A program made the translations under genes and the position numbers. From positions 21,204,001 to 21,268,000 of the forward strand of contig NC_047064.1 of NCBI RefSeq assembly GCF_902459465.1: a DNA stretch of 64,000 nt, in the 5' to 3' direction. This DNA comes from Asterias rubens (lineage: Eukaryota). Shown in pieces: positions 1 through 12,830 of the stretch (its first letter is position 1; every line of letters starts with the position of its first letter). Under the pieces are notes generated by a model. The model did not search any database, was not told the DNA's origin, and saw only the letters and a list, made by a program, of their open reading frames with translations.

Positions 1-639
1 GGGTTATTAGAAATAAACACACCACGCCCGAATGTGATGCCCATGTCTACTATTCTGTCAAGCAGAAGGTGTTCACTTCCAGGCATGCCTCCTCCTCTCC
101 GCAAATGCCACACCGTCCACTCTATCAACGTATCTGACCTCTTAGAGAACAAACCTTCGCTTCCAGCGACAAGCTGCCCAAACAATTTACAGAGTAGTCA
201 CGGTGACCTGATGGAGGAGACCGCAGAGTGCGACGACGATGAGGAGGACACCGAGGGACAAACTCTCAAACAGGCTGTCTCCAAGGGCGTTCTGGACGGT
301 GGTCCAGGAGGCCTGATTGCCATGCATCGACGCCAGAGGTGCAGGGAGCGGAGAGGGTCTGCCCCGTTTATCCTGGAGGACGAACTAGCTCAAACTAGGC
401 CAGGAAGGCTGCCTCCTCTGAAGGTCAGTCCCAGCGTACCACTTCCTGGTATCGGTCGCTTGAAAGAGCCAGTGGTCAGATCAGGACCTTCCAGTCCTAG
501 CAGGATGGAGAGGGTGGACAGAAGACATTCCATGCAGCCAGAGGACTTGCGGAGTCTGACGTCATTTGCAGCCAGGAGCAGAGGGAGTTTTCGCAATAAA
601 CATAACAGCCACAGCACTGAGTCGACAGACAGCATCTGA
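1..639 (+). CDS. 3' terminal coding exon of an unidentified gene; low-complexity Ser/Pro/Arg-rich C-terminal tail
   Basis: Frame 1 is open from base 1 to TGA at 637-639 (GLLEINTPRP...STESTDSI*). The segment is much more GC-rich than the flanking DNA and is followed by AT-rich UTR-like sequence. No family recognised. Confidence 0.75.
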   Translation, partial: GLLEINTPRPNVMPMSTILSSRRCSLPGMPPPLRKCHTVHSINVSDLLENKPSLPATSCPNNLQSSHGDLMEETAECDDDEEDTEGQTLKQAVSKGVLDGGPGGLIAMHRRQRCRERRGSAPFILEDELAQTRPGRLPPLKVSPSVPLPGIGRLKEPVVRSGPSSPSRMERVDRRHSMQPEDLRSLTSFAARSRGSFRNKHNSHSTESTDSI

Positions 640-1510
640 TTGTCGTTCAGGTTGCTTGCTGTCGACACATTGCCGCTATGTTGTCACAATGCCGTAAAAT
701 ATAATATATTAGCGTGAATATGGTAAAGTTTGTCAAATAACAATAATTTTAATTTGAAGGGAAAATGCTGTCATTCGACAGAGAGTAGGCAAATGTTCAG
801 TACTACCTCCTAATTTCCTTCTCATTTTATTTGTTTGTTATTTAGCTTTTCCTTATATTTTTATTTATTTATTCACTTATTGATTGACTGATTTATTTAT
901 TTTAATTTGTATGTATTCTATTTGGGGGTGGGGGATTAGGGAGAATACTTTTAATATGTACAGTTTCAAAATAGTGTAAATGGCAGCGGTTTGACCGACA
1001 TTACAAAAACTGTGTTCATCCTTTCGCACCAATATTCGCAAGTGAGTTGAGCAGAGTTGAACGCTGCGAATTTGTGACGTCAACATTCGTATCGCATTCG
1101 CATTCGCAGAAAGTATGAACCGGGCTAAAGATGTACAGGTTTTTTTTTTGTCTTGGGTGAATTTATCTTTACTTTCTTCACCATTGATATACTATAAGTG
1201 ATGATCGAGATACCTTATTTTTGTATCTACGTAACATCAATCACGATTTGAGGATTTTACAATAATATTATATTAAGACATTTAAATATAAAGATGAAAC
1301 ACGTTATTGGCTTTTGTGTAATACGTACTTTAGTGTCAGGTTTTTATATCACCAATTTATTATGATAAGTTTGGTATCGCTTTTGTTGTTTCGTTTTTTC
1401 TTTTGTTTTTAATAACATCGGTATTGATACGGTTGGTTTGCCTAAAAGGTGTGATACAGTGATTGATATTGAAAGAAAAGGGGGAAGATTTGAAATGTTG
1501 ACCGATAACT

Positions 1511-1896
1511 TTAAAGGCAGTGGACACTTTTGGTAATAACTCAAAATAATTATTAGCACAAAACCTTACTTGGTAACGAGTAATGGGGAGTAGTTGATGG
1601 TATAAAACATTGTGAGAAACGGCTCCCTCTGAAGTGCCATAGTTTTCGAGAAAGAAGTAAGTTTCCACGAATTTGATTTCGAGACCTCAGATTTAGAACT
1701 TGAGGTCTCGAAATCATCCATCTAAACGCACACAACTTCGTGTGACAAGGTGTTTTCTTCTTTCATTATTATCTCCCAACTTTGATGACCGATTGAGCTC
1801 AAATTTTCACAGGTTTGTTATTTTATGCATATGTTGAGATACACCAACTGTGTAGGCTAGTCTTTGACAATTACCAATAGTGTCCACTGCCTTTAA
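1511..1896 (+). mobile_element. TTAA-flanked MITE family A (Kolobok-like), full copy
   Basis: TTAA|AGGCAGTGGACAC...GTCCACTGCCT|TTAA; about 380 bp; many near-identical copies in the window. Confidence 0.85.
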
Positions 1897-2086
1897 GAGC
1901 GCAAACCAAAACAGAAAGGTATAGTTTTCTCGATGACAGTTCATGATCGCCTAATCATTTCTTATGTTCAGAGTTGGCATGTTTTTTGTGTGTTCTTTGG
2001 TTTTGTAAAAGCTTATAATGTAACAAGTAAAACGATTTAGCATGCCTACTCAAATTAAATGAAGATACCCATTTTCAACCATTAAA

Positions 2087-2432
2087 TTAAAGGCAGTGGA
2101 CACTATTGGTAATTACTCACAATATTTATTAGCATAAAACCTTAATTGGTAACAAGTAATGGGGAGCTGTTGATAGTATAAAACATTGTGAGAAACGGCT
2201 CCCTCTGAAGTGGAGTAGTTTTCGAGAAAGAAGTAATTTGAGGTCTCGAAATCAAGCATCTAAAGCACACAACTACGTGTGACAAGAATGGGTTTTTTCT
2301 TTCATTCATATCTCGCAACTTCGACGACCGATTTAGCTCAAATTTTCACAGGTTTGTTATTTTATGCATATTATGTTGAGATAAGTGAGGATACTGGTCT
2401 TTGACAATTACCAATAGTGTCCAGTGTCTTCA
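2087..2432 (+). mobile_element. MITE family A copy
   Basis: Same TIR and body as 1511-1896. Confidence 0.8.
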
Positions 2433-2597
2433 ACAAAGATGGAAATGCCCTAATGAGTTTTATTCGATACAGTGGACACCCAGGGAATGCACTGTTTGGT
2501 TTTGGGTGTATACAGACAAATTTACCCAAAGTGTCTTAGTATTGTGTCAACCATACTCTCAAAATGGCGTATATGTTGCTAAACCTTGTACTGATCT

Positions 2598-2989
2598 TTA
2601 AAGACACTGGACACTATTGGTAATTAATAAAGACCAGTCTTCTCACTTGGTGTATCTCAACATATACATAACATAACTCACCTGTGAAATTTGAGCTCAA
2701 CTGTTGTCGAAGTTGCGAGATAACTATGAAACTGTACAAAATAACATTGTGAAACGAAGTTGTGTGCTTTCAGATGCTTGATTTCGACACCTCAAAATCT
2801 AATTCTGAGGTCTCGAAATCAAATTCGTGGAAAATTACTTCTTTCTAGAAAACTACGTCACTTCAGAGGGAGCCGTTTCTCACAATTTTTTATACTGTCA
2901 ACAGCTCTCCATTTGGCCTACCCGTTTAAGTGCGGTTTTATGCTAATTATTATTTTGAGTAAATTACCAATAGTTTCCAGTGACTTTAA
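2598..2989 (-). mobile_element. MITE family A copy (reverse orientation)
   Basis: Reverse complement of the family A body; TTAA at both ends. Confidence 0.8.
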
Positions 2990-5356
2990 AGATCTATTTT
3001 TGTAATGGAAACATCTGGCGTAAATTGTTTGTTGCTGAAGCACTTCACTTTTAACAAAACGGACTTATGATGTGCAATAACTATTCATGTTTCCAAATTT
3101 ACTCCTATATAATCTAAATATTATCGTAAACCATAATATATGCTTCGTGTATTGAGCATTTTATAAAAATGATGGAGCTTGTCTTTTTGACGGGCGCCTA
3201 CGCAAGACACTCAAGATTCAATCGCAGAGTTTAAGAACAGAACTTCACCGAGTTTAACTGTTTTTGAGCGAGGAAGTATTGGCGACACTTACGGTTGTTA
3301 TAAACTCGCACAACGTTGTTGCGGGACAACTTGCAAGATGCGCCTGTGTACCGGTCTTTAAGAATGGCCGCCATTTTGTTGTCCAGCCTCGTTTTCAGTA
3401 TCCAACAAAGAAAACGGAATCTGATCCTGCAATTACGCAGCTGAGGCAATAATGGGATACCACGCTGTTTTTCCTCCAAGCTTGTTTACCGATTCAAAAT
3501 TTGACAGTGATCGGAAAACAAAATGGCGGAACTTTCGATTAACCCTATATCTATTGCTGTGATGTCTATGAATTGATAATAAATATATATTTATTGTAAC
3601 TGTAAGTTATGAAATAAAATACAAAATGTATTGGTCGAAGGTTTGTTTGAATGATCTTCCCATCAAGGGACATCGACAAACTCCCTCAAAGGGATATAAA
3701 CACCAAGCTAGCAACAGCCAATCTCTCTCATACAAACATTGGTTTGACGTCTATGATTATGAATTGCACAAATCAAGAAATTGTGATTCAGTAACTCGAC
3801 GACAATATTTATTCTAGTCATTGTGAAATCAGTGGTTAGCTGGAGGATTCGAACCCACAACCTTGTGATTGCAAGTCCTTTTCGTAGTATGTTATCCTAT
3901 ACATACACATGAAGGCCTATACTTGATATGTTATGTTGCCCCAAATAGTCAAATTGTTGACAGCTCTTCAAAAATAAATGGCAGACCATTGTCCGATGAC
4001 GTCAGAGCCAGGGGTCTATTAAAACTCGCAACCTTGCCCCTCATCATTCTTATCAACCTAAATGATAAGAGTGTCATCGCCCCCTTATTACTTCGCACGC
4101 AACATGAAGCATGTCCCTATAAACCCAGACCAGAATCCCGGAACACGTGTCTAGAAATGTGCCTAGCTATGGGTGAAAAGTGCAGGGCCAGTCATAATAA
4201 TGTATCTGCTCAAAGAACAGGTGAAGGACAGTTCCAATACATGTAAACATGTTTTCTCCCTCTAATGATTTGATAATCACTCCTCAAATTAATGAGAAAA
4301 CAACAACAGCTTGCAATTATAGTATAAAGAATTTTGAGAGTCATTTCACTTTCGAACTAATGTGGTTATGGACAAAAACAAAATGTTTTTATTCCCCAAA
4401 ATTTAAATCTGAAAAACATTACTGACAGACACATTTCTCAGATTGTGTTTTCCAAAAATGGATCATTCTTCTTGCTTGTGGACATAGATAACGGCTCCGG
4501 TATTTTCATCAATATCTCTAAAACGCTTCCACCCTAAATATTAAATGAAATTTTCACTGATTAGTTTTTGTTTGATAGTATTGTATCTACATTTATATAA
4601 ATCCAAAAGTATACGCTGCCTTTCTCTTTATGTATCTTTGTCTTTACTCTGCTGGTAAATAAGATGCAACAAGTCAATAGAACGCTCTTACTTGAATCAT
4701 TTCATTTGCATAAAAAACTTTCCATCAATAATGTTACGTTTCATAGCCCTGTAGGCCCAATCTCATAACGCCTGTAAGCAGACATGTTCTGCTTATAACA
4801 CTGCTAACCATACTAGCACAAGACACATAGTTGCTTGCCGGCAGTTCATGTAAAGATGACGAAACAACGCAAATCCATTGTGAACTGGCACACACATTAA
4901 AAGGAAATTTTTTTGACGGTTTATGAATCACACTTTTGGGTATACGCATGTTTTTTCTACTCTCAAAGTAGCACATTTACCTCAATGGTAAACAACTTAA
5001 TTGCATTGGGACTAATTACATTCAGTTTGTTTGCCAATTAAACTAAAACAACTTCCGTGTCTACTACGGTTACCAAGGAAAAGGTCGAGCCGTCTTCCAA
5101 ATACAAAACTATGCCTCATCAATTTCCAGAGTCGATGGGTGAAGGCAAACACTTCGACAACAAGGTCACGAATCGGGACGGGCTGAAATACTGCAATGGT
5201 TGCGGGGAAACCAAGGTATGGCTAATGGTCTTGCCTTTTATCAATAGACACATTGTGCGCTGATCGAGCCGTTGTCACGATGAAAAGTTGGGTCGGTCAT
5301 TAGCTTAAAGCACGATCGACGAGAGAGGAGGTTATGGCACTTTGGGCCAGATTTCG

Positions 5357-5727
5357 GTTAAACATTGGACACCTCTAGTAATTGTCAAAGACCAGTCTTC
5401 TCACTTGGTGTATCTGAAAATAATTATGAACAAAATAACAAACTCTCTGAAATTTTTAACAAAGTTGCGAGGGAAAAAAAATGGAAGAAAAACACCCTTC
5501 TCACACGAAGTGTGTGCTTTCGGAAGCTTGATTTCGGGACCTCAAAATCTAATTCTGAGGTCTCAAAACCAAATTCAAATATTTTCGTGGAAAATTACTT
5601 CTTTCTCGAAAACTACGTTACTTCAGAGGGGCCGTTTCTCACACTGTTGTATACTACCAACAGCTCTACCTTGCTCGTTACCAAGAAAGTTTTTACGCTA
5701 ACAATTATTTCGAGTAATTAGCAATAG
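5357..5727 (-). mobile_element. MITE family A copy (degenerate, reverse)
   Basis: Family A body in reverse orientation. Confidence 0.75.
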
Positions 5728-6962
5728 ACGGGAGAGGTTGTGTCACTTTGGGTCGGATTTCAGCCCCGGAGCGGTGTCACTATTGACGGTACATAATGAC
5801 CACCAAAACAAACGCCAATGGCGGAACGCTGAATACAACATGCACGTAGTTGATGAGCGAGCGGTGGTGTTTTAATTTATTCATATATTCAAATAAATGT
5901 TAATGAAAATCAGTCATCGTTTAATTACATATGAAACTAGAACCATGTGGGCCACTGCACTGTGTACTGTAAGTGGTTGGTTGCAGTTTCACTAGCATGT
6001 CACGTTTTTAATTATTTTATGTTTGTTCAAATTTCACGTTTCAGAACATTTCAAACTGCGAAATCTATGATTAATTTGAACTTAACATTCATCCAAGATC
6101 GATCAATGGCTTGAGAAATTGTCACCATGTATTTGCTACATTAACATTAAATGACCATTTACATAATTTATGCAATTAACAAATTCTGATCCGTCATTAT
6201 TACTTCAACATGCATTACACATGAAATTGTTCATGTGTTTTTTTCTCCCATAGACTAGATGTTGGTTGTTCTTCAGCATGCAACTACAAGTTAAAACTCC
6301 CATACATTGTTCATAAAAATTGATGATTTTACATTTAAAAGGGCGCCCTCTTTTGGTGTTATCTTACGCTGTTGGTTTCCTTTTAATAGCAGAGGGCTCT
6401 GTGACATCAACTGTGACATAATTGTCCAAAACACTCAAACAGTGTATCAATGTTGTGTAAAGTCTTTATCAATCATGCATCAATGACATCAATACTTGAC
6501 AAGATGGGGAAAAAACAAAATTGCATGCAACAATAATTCAACAGAGGGCAGGCTTGAGGTGTCAAAAGACGTCTTCCTTTTTTCAATATCTTTGTCCACT
6601 CTGCACTGAGAGTAAATCACTAGTGGTTCGCCCAGGAGCAAACAATATCATGTTTTGCATCAATGTACATCCATACAGATCTAAACACTGACAAATATCA
6701 TAGTCTTGCCCTTTCTTATTCTCGAAATTCATCAAGCATACTGGTAATACTGCTGGGAACCAGACGGAGAGTAGACCACAATTGTGCAGATCACATGGCA
6801 CGATTCCGCTCTCATTTGACACTCAGAGGCAGTTTGTGTATGAAACCAACATAAACCACTCAAATGAGAAGATGGTTCCTTAAAATGAAACCAGCATAAA
6901 ACACTTCAAAAAATAAATTATGTGCTTTCTTCAGAATCTGGAAGGAGGCCATTTAGTAAGGT

Positions 6963-9900
6963 TCAACTTTCTCCAGCGTCCTCAACGTAATATCTCTGAT
7001 GAATTCGATCGCAGAACCTGGTAAGATTCTCGTATTCCTTAACGATGTCGGCCAGCCTGGCACTAGTCAGCTCCGTTGTCAATAACGCATGCAGGTGTGC
7101 AAACACCAGAGCATCTAGCTCTGTTGGGCTGCGGAGAGAGAAAACACTTACAAGTTAGTCTCTGTGGGATGAGAGGGTGGGTATTGACAGGGCGATTGTG
7201 AACTTAAGAGGGAAACTCCTCACTATGGGTTAGACCTGACCTGACCTGACCTGACCTACATATTGTCTATAATCAACAGACAGCAATCAATAATCAATAT
7301 AAGATTGATCAATACAGTCAATATAACAGTAAACATCAGAGATACCAATAAAATGTTATGGAAGTGATCAATACAAAAGCTGTTTTTCTTTTCAAAATGA
7401 TTCAATCAACCAATCAATTATCAGGAATTTGTGGAGCGCCATCCTTCTAGTTGTGAGGCACTTAGCACAACTGGCACATTTATTTACTTTTCTGGATAGC
7501 ATTATTTGAATGATGTCAGTAGACCTTATGCATTGACTTAACATGTTTCAACCACCAGTCTTTAAGGTACATGATTAAGAAATACTATTAAAAAACACCT
7601 GGTGTAATTTATTAATTAACATAAATTTCTTCTTAGCAAATTCTTTTGCTAAGCAAGAAATGAGTGGGTTACCAGTCAAAGCAAATGGTAAATGTACAGT
7701 ATTTCGGCTGGTAGGTTTTTTTTCTGCTATCACAAATACATGAAAAGCAAAAGCTGACTACTTAAGATATTGCTCCTGTTAACGATTATATTTTCATCCC
7801 TATCAACTTATTTATTTATTGAACTTATTTCAAAAGGGTAGTCTAGCCTCAATCAATACCCAAAGTAAATTTCCTATTTGATGATTTGATATGTTCATAT
7901 GAGTGATCAATATTGGTTATAAATGGTTAAAACAATCAATAAAATCAATAATAAAATCAATATCATTTATCAGTTTAATGACTGATATGATCAATCACAA
8001 ATAATTAGTGACAAAACATAAAATGCAATGTTGTGACAGTATTTAAATACTCAACGAGATTGTAATAAATACAAAATATAACAGTAGTCAGTAAGTGTAG
8101 TAAATCTGTCAATTATCAATACATAAAGTAAAATCGATCCATTATAGTCAATAGAAATCAATCAATAATCAATACAAGAATTATCAATACAGTCAAAATA
8201 ACAGTAAATACCACAGATACCAATAAATATTAAAGTAATCAATACAAAAGCAGTTTTTTTCTTTCAAAATGTACTCAATATATCAATCAATCATCAGGCA
8301 TTTGTGGAGTGCCGTCATTCTAGTTGCCTATTCTGAGGCACATAGTAAAGTAAAGGAACAATTTATGACAGAAAACCACAGAATTTCATTTGAAAATGAC
8401 AAGTGCACGGAACTATTTATAAACAGATACTCACCGGTCAATGAAGAAATAATACTGATCACCTAGTTTATGTGAGAGTGCCTTACAACACAAGTTCACT
8501 TCTGTATAAACCTGAAAACAAATCACGGAGAAAGACGGAGAAAGGAATTAAAGAAAGTATAAAACAATAGTGCAGAATCAGGCCTGGAATGTGAGACTTT
8601 GGAACACTAGGTGGCAGCAGACGTGCCTGGTAAAATGTCTATTGTTTATGTAGTTCTGAGCATGTGCATAATTATGAGAACAATGAAGTTATCTGGTGAT
8701 GAAAGTCTGTAGTATCCCCAAAAGTCTACCATTACAGGCAGATGATCAGCCTATTGGTGCCACTACCCAAATGCACCTGCTGATGCCCCAACTGTTGCCC
8801 CTGCTGTTGCCCCAGTTGTTGCCCCTGCTCTCTTGCCCCCCTGCTGTTAACCCTGCCGTTGCCATTGCTCTCTTACCCTTGCTCTTTTACCCCAACTATT
8901 TTGCCCTTGTTCTCTTGCTACTACCCTCTTGCCCCTACCCTATTGCCCTAACTCTTGAAACTACCCTCTCACGCTTGCTCTCTTGCCCCTTCCCTCTTGC
9001 CCTCTTGTCGCTACCCTCTTGCCCGTGCTCTCATGCCCCTACCCTCTTGCCCATGATATGTTGCCCCTGCTCTCTTGCCCCAGCTATTTTGCCCTTGCTC
9101 TCTTGCCCCTACCCTCTTGCCCTTGCTATATTGCCCCTGCTCTCTTGCCCCTACTGCTTGTCCATAAAACTCATTTCGAATATTAGGATTGTTCTAACTC
9201 ACCTGGTCAATAGACTTCTCATACCACCCCTTTGCCTGGAGGTACCTGCCTATTTCTCGCTGTTTGAACCACGGCAGGACCTTATTGAGTGGCCATGGAT
9301 ATGAAGAGCCATACCGCTCCTTTGTGATCTCTTCCACTGTTAGCTTATCACGCCATGTTATGTAAAGCTGAAGCAAAAAGACGGTGCAATTAGAAAAAAA
9401 ACATAACCTTTAGGCATAAGTTTGTTGCTGGTAAATCCTTCAAGACACTCATATAATACAATTTTTGAAGGAAAATAATCATTCTTTGGAAAGTTTAACA
9501 GTGTTTTTACCTCAGCTAGATGCAATCTGTTGACAGTAAGAGACAAGTAGGCTTTCAGTTCAGCCTTTTGAGATCCACTCAGTTCTGATGTTAAACACAC
9601 ACCCTTTTGAATAAGAGGGAGAGAACAGTTAGTTAAAACAGCAAGAACATTTGTTTTAAAGCCATTGGACACTTTCGGTAAACAGTTTTGTCCAAAGGCA
9701 CACACTTCGTGTATCACAACTTATATATATAAAATAACAAACCTGTGAAAATTTAGGCTCAATCGGTCATCGGAGTTGGGAGAAAATAACGGGAAAACCC
9801 ACCCTTGTTTCCGCATGTTTCGCCGTGTCATGCCATAAATATAAAATAAATCCGTAATTCTCGACATCGAGAATTGATAATATTGTTTTAATATTTTTTC

Positions 9901-12629
9901 AAAAAGTAAAGCATTTAAAGGCAGTGGACACTATTGGTAATTACTCAAAATAATTATTAGCATAAAACCTTTCTTGGTAACGAGTATAATGGGGAGAGGT
10001 TGATAGTATAAAACATTGTGGGAAACGGCTCCCTCTGAAGTGACTTAGTTTTCGAGAAAGAAGTAATTTTCTACGAATTTGATTTCGAGACCTCAGATTT
10101 AGAACTTGAGGTCTCGAAATCAAGCATCTGAAATCAAGCATCTGAAACACAACTTCATGTGACAAGGGTGTTTTTTTCTTTCATTGTTATCTCGCAACTT
10201 CGATGAGCAATTGAGCTGAAATTTTCACAGGTTTGTTATTTTATGCATGTGTTGAGATACACCAAGTGAGAAGACTGGTCTTTGACAATTACCAACAGTG
10301 CCCATTGTCTTTAATCAGGATTGGAGTTGACATACTAATTCTTTTTTGTGGGGGGGGGGGGGTCTCAAAAATTTGAAAATTAAGAAACCCACCTTTGAGG
10401 ATAAGTGTTCAACTATAGGGTCAAAGTCAGCGACAATCAGCGGTCCAATTTTGATAAATGGCAAGCCCTCTGTAAATAAATACAAAAAAAATAATTTAAC
10501 AGAAAACTAAACATTGGAAACAAAGCACAACATTTGTGCACTAGCACAACAATAACAAGATTCATATCTTTATCACAATATAAAAACTGAAGGAAAGAAT
10601 TGACACCTACTTGAGGGAGACATCTGTTCTGCGTTGTAGCGCATCTTCTTGTGGTAATTGATGTTGCACATATGGAGGAACGTCTTGACGGCAAGACACT
10701 GCGCTTCCTCTGGAAGAAGAATCTGATCTACAAAAAGCATTGTAAGATCAAACTCAAATTGTAGTGTCGATACTCTTGATAAGGAAACTAACAATAAAAC
10801 ATTAACGTATTTTCAACAGGCAGGATATTTGGTCCTTGGAAAAAGGTAGGAATTTCTTTTTGAGAACAAGGGCTGACCAAAATATACACATGGCGCAAGC
10901 TCTAATAGACATTTCAGGCTGTTTAATCACAATTTAAAAGATTTTTCCAAGAGCAAAAAAAATAACAGAAATTAGACTAAAGCAGGATTAATATCAACGC
11001 TGCTATGAGCACCTTACATAGTGCCTCAAAGCGTTAAACAATGAAGGGTTTTTCTTTTCTTCAAAAAACAGCTTTTGCATTGGATAAAACAAAATTATGA
11101 GATGGACTTTTGAAGATTTAAGGGCGATCAAGAGACTGCCACCATGAGTTAAGCCCAGTTCAAACTGCTTTCTGCAAATACGAATGTGATACAAATTTTG
11201 ACGTCATACATTCACAACAATTGATTCGGAAGAGTTGTAATATGTGCTCAACTCCTGCAGAATATTCGCAGCGAAAACAGAGCCGTGACGTCAATCATTT
11301 GTATTCACAGTTAGTCTGAACCGGGCTTTAGTATCACTACAAAACTACAGTACCTTCATGCTGCTGGTAAATCTCTACATAGTCTGCAATGATTGGTTGG
11401 TCACCTGGTGGGAGAAAATAAAGGGGAATAAATGAAGAAAATACAAAATAGTATTAGGTTACAAAGGCTGCATTTAGCCTATGATTTAGAACCCCAGTTG
11501 TTACATGTAGACCCAGACTGGGGCAGTGCACACTTTTTTTCGAAATTTGCCATTACAACCGATATTTCAAGTACAGCGCCCTATAGCCCACCTTGTTAAG
11601 CTGTAAATGGCTCCGCTTTTAACATCGGTCTCACCACTGTCGCCATAAGGTGGGCTAAGTGCCCTAGTAACTGGGTCTAGTTTTTTTATGTTTATTTTTT
11701 GACAAGGTCATCTCAATCTCATCAACTAAAAAATATAATAAAGATTAATTGCAATATCAATTACCAGTCATTTAACTAACTAAACTAAGTAATAATATGT
11801 CAGTGGCAGTTTACTGTTGCATGTAGTTGCGATAACGTAACCCTCCTCCTGCGACCGGGTTAAGTTATCGCTACTATGTTTGTTGCTTGTTGTAGTTGTA
11901 GTTGTAGTTCTTGTTTAGGAAAATTTTCCGTATGACGCCACCACTTTTTCATTCGATATGAAATAGTAGCATCTAATTTACCTCAATTGAGATATCCCTC
12001 TTTGAAAAAATAAGTGAAACAGTGGTGGCGCCAAACGGAAAGTTATCCCTTGCTTTTTCCTCATGTGGTTTACGATCGAGAGCATGAATAAAAATGGATA
12101 ACTTTCCGTATGGCGCCACCACTTTTTCACTCATTTTTACAAAAAGGGATATATCAATCAGGTAAATAAGTTCCTATATTATTTTATATCGAATGAAAAA
12201 GTGGTGGCGCCATACGGAAACTTTTCCATAAAAATATGTCCCCACAGCCCTTCCATCGCGTTAAATTCGGGTAAAAAAAACAATTACAATTAAAAATACA
12301 ATTTTTTCAACAGTTTGAAAATGATTTGGGTGCATATGACTCTTGTGCATACATTTTACGGTTGACTTATGTTCGAATGTTCTGTTAAAGTGCATTTAAA
12401 AATTGTTGTCGTGAGGGTTCGTGAGTTGTCGGTATTTAGACTAGTGCGACCCATTAAAAGTATTAAAAATTATTGCCAATCCTTGGTTGGTTTGGCACAA
12501 TTTTTCACCCGACGGTCTGCTGGCAACCTTGTGGAACAATTCTGCCTAAATAACCCCATTAATCGACAGTCTCTTACCTCGTGGAGTGACGTTTATCTCT
12601 GCAGCTCTCGTTAGAAGTGGTGTAGCCAT
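6963..12629 (-). CDS. MTX2: Metaxin-2 (mitochondrial outer membrane SAM-complex associated, GST-like fold), 8 coding exons, 265 aa
   Basis: Exons (plus coordinates): 12578-12629, 11354-11404, 10611-10727, 10393-10469, 9511-9603, 9203-9367, 8435-8511, 6963-7128. All introns are GT-AG with compatible phases; total 798 nt. Metaxin-2 motifs: DQILLPEEAQCLAV, NAEQMSPSKGLPFI, QKAELKAYLSL, RYGSSYPWPLN, PTELDALVFAHL. Confidence 0.95.
7308..8341. repeat. About 150-bp direct repeat pair (7308-7460 and 8184-8341) in MTX2 intron 7
   Basis: Both copies run ATCAATACAGTCAA...TTTGTGGAG(C/T)GCC...GAGGCAC. Confidence 0.75.
8770..9165. repeat. Degenerate minisatellite, TTGCCCCTGCTCTC-type units, MTX2 intron 6
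   Basis: More than 25 short TTGCCC(C)-containing units. Confidence 0.9.
9657..9914 (+). mobile_element. TTAA-flanked MITE family B copy, truncated where a family A copy begins
   Basis: TTAA|AGCCATTGGACAC start; the body matches 53833-54207 and 62353-62693. Confidence 0.75.
9915..10314 (+). mobile_element. MITE family A copy in MTX2 intron 4
   Basis: TTAA|AGGCAGTGGACAC...cccattgtct|TTAA. Confidence 0.8.
11919..12228. mobile_element. Two tandem about 130-bp inverted-repeat elements (family F, CGCCACCACTTTTTCA)
   Basis: TTTCCGTATGGCGCCACCACTTTT...AAAAGTGGTGGCGCCATACGGAAA. Further copies at about 22856-22958, 55366-55497, 56421-56534 and 56564-56694. Confidence 0.75.
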
Positions 12630-12830
12630 TTCAATGTAATTAAATTATGCTTTAAAAATGGTTATTTCTGCCTCTCGGCTGAGACTCTGCATCGACTTGA
12701 ATTGTTCGACTTATTTCCCAAATCGACATGCAAGCGCGCCCCCTCTTGTTGGCTCATGATTATCGCTCGGCCCGAGAGGGGGGCGGGCACTAATCTCTAG
12801 CGGGGGGAGCTATCCCTGTCCAAAAACCAC
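12630..12830 (-). promoter_or_regulatory. GC-rich promoter region of MTX2
   Basis: CpG-rich segment with a GGGGCGGG GC box just upstream of the MTX2 ATG. Confidence 0.45.

Noticed and set aside
8696-9304. 202-aa Pro/Leu/Cys-rich ORF on the plus strand
   Set aside because: It is the translation of a minisatellite in an MTX2 intron and runs antisense over MTX2 exon 6.
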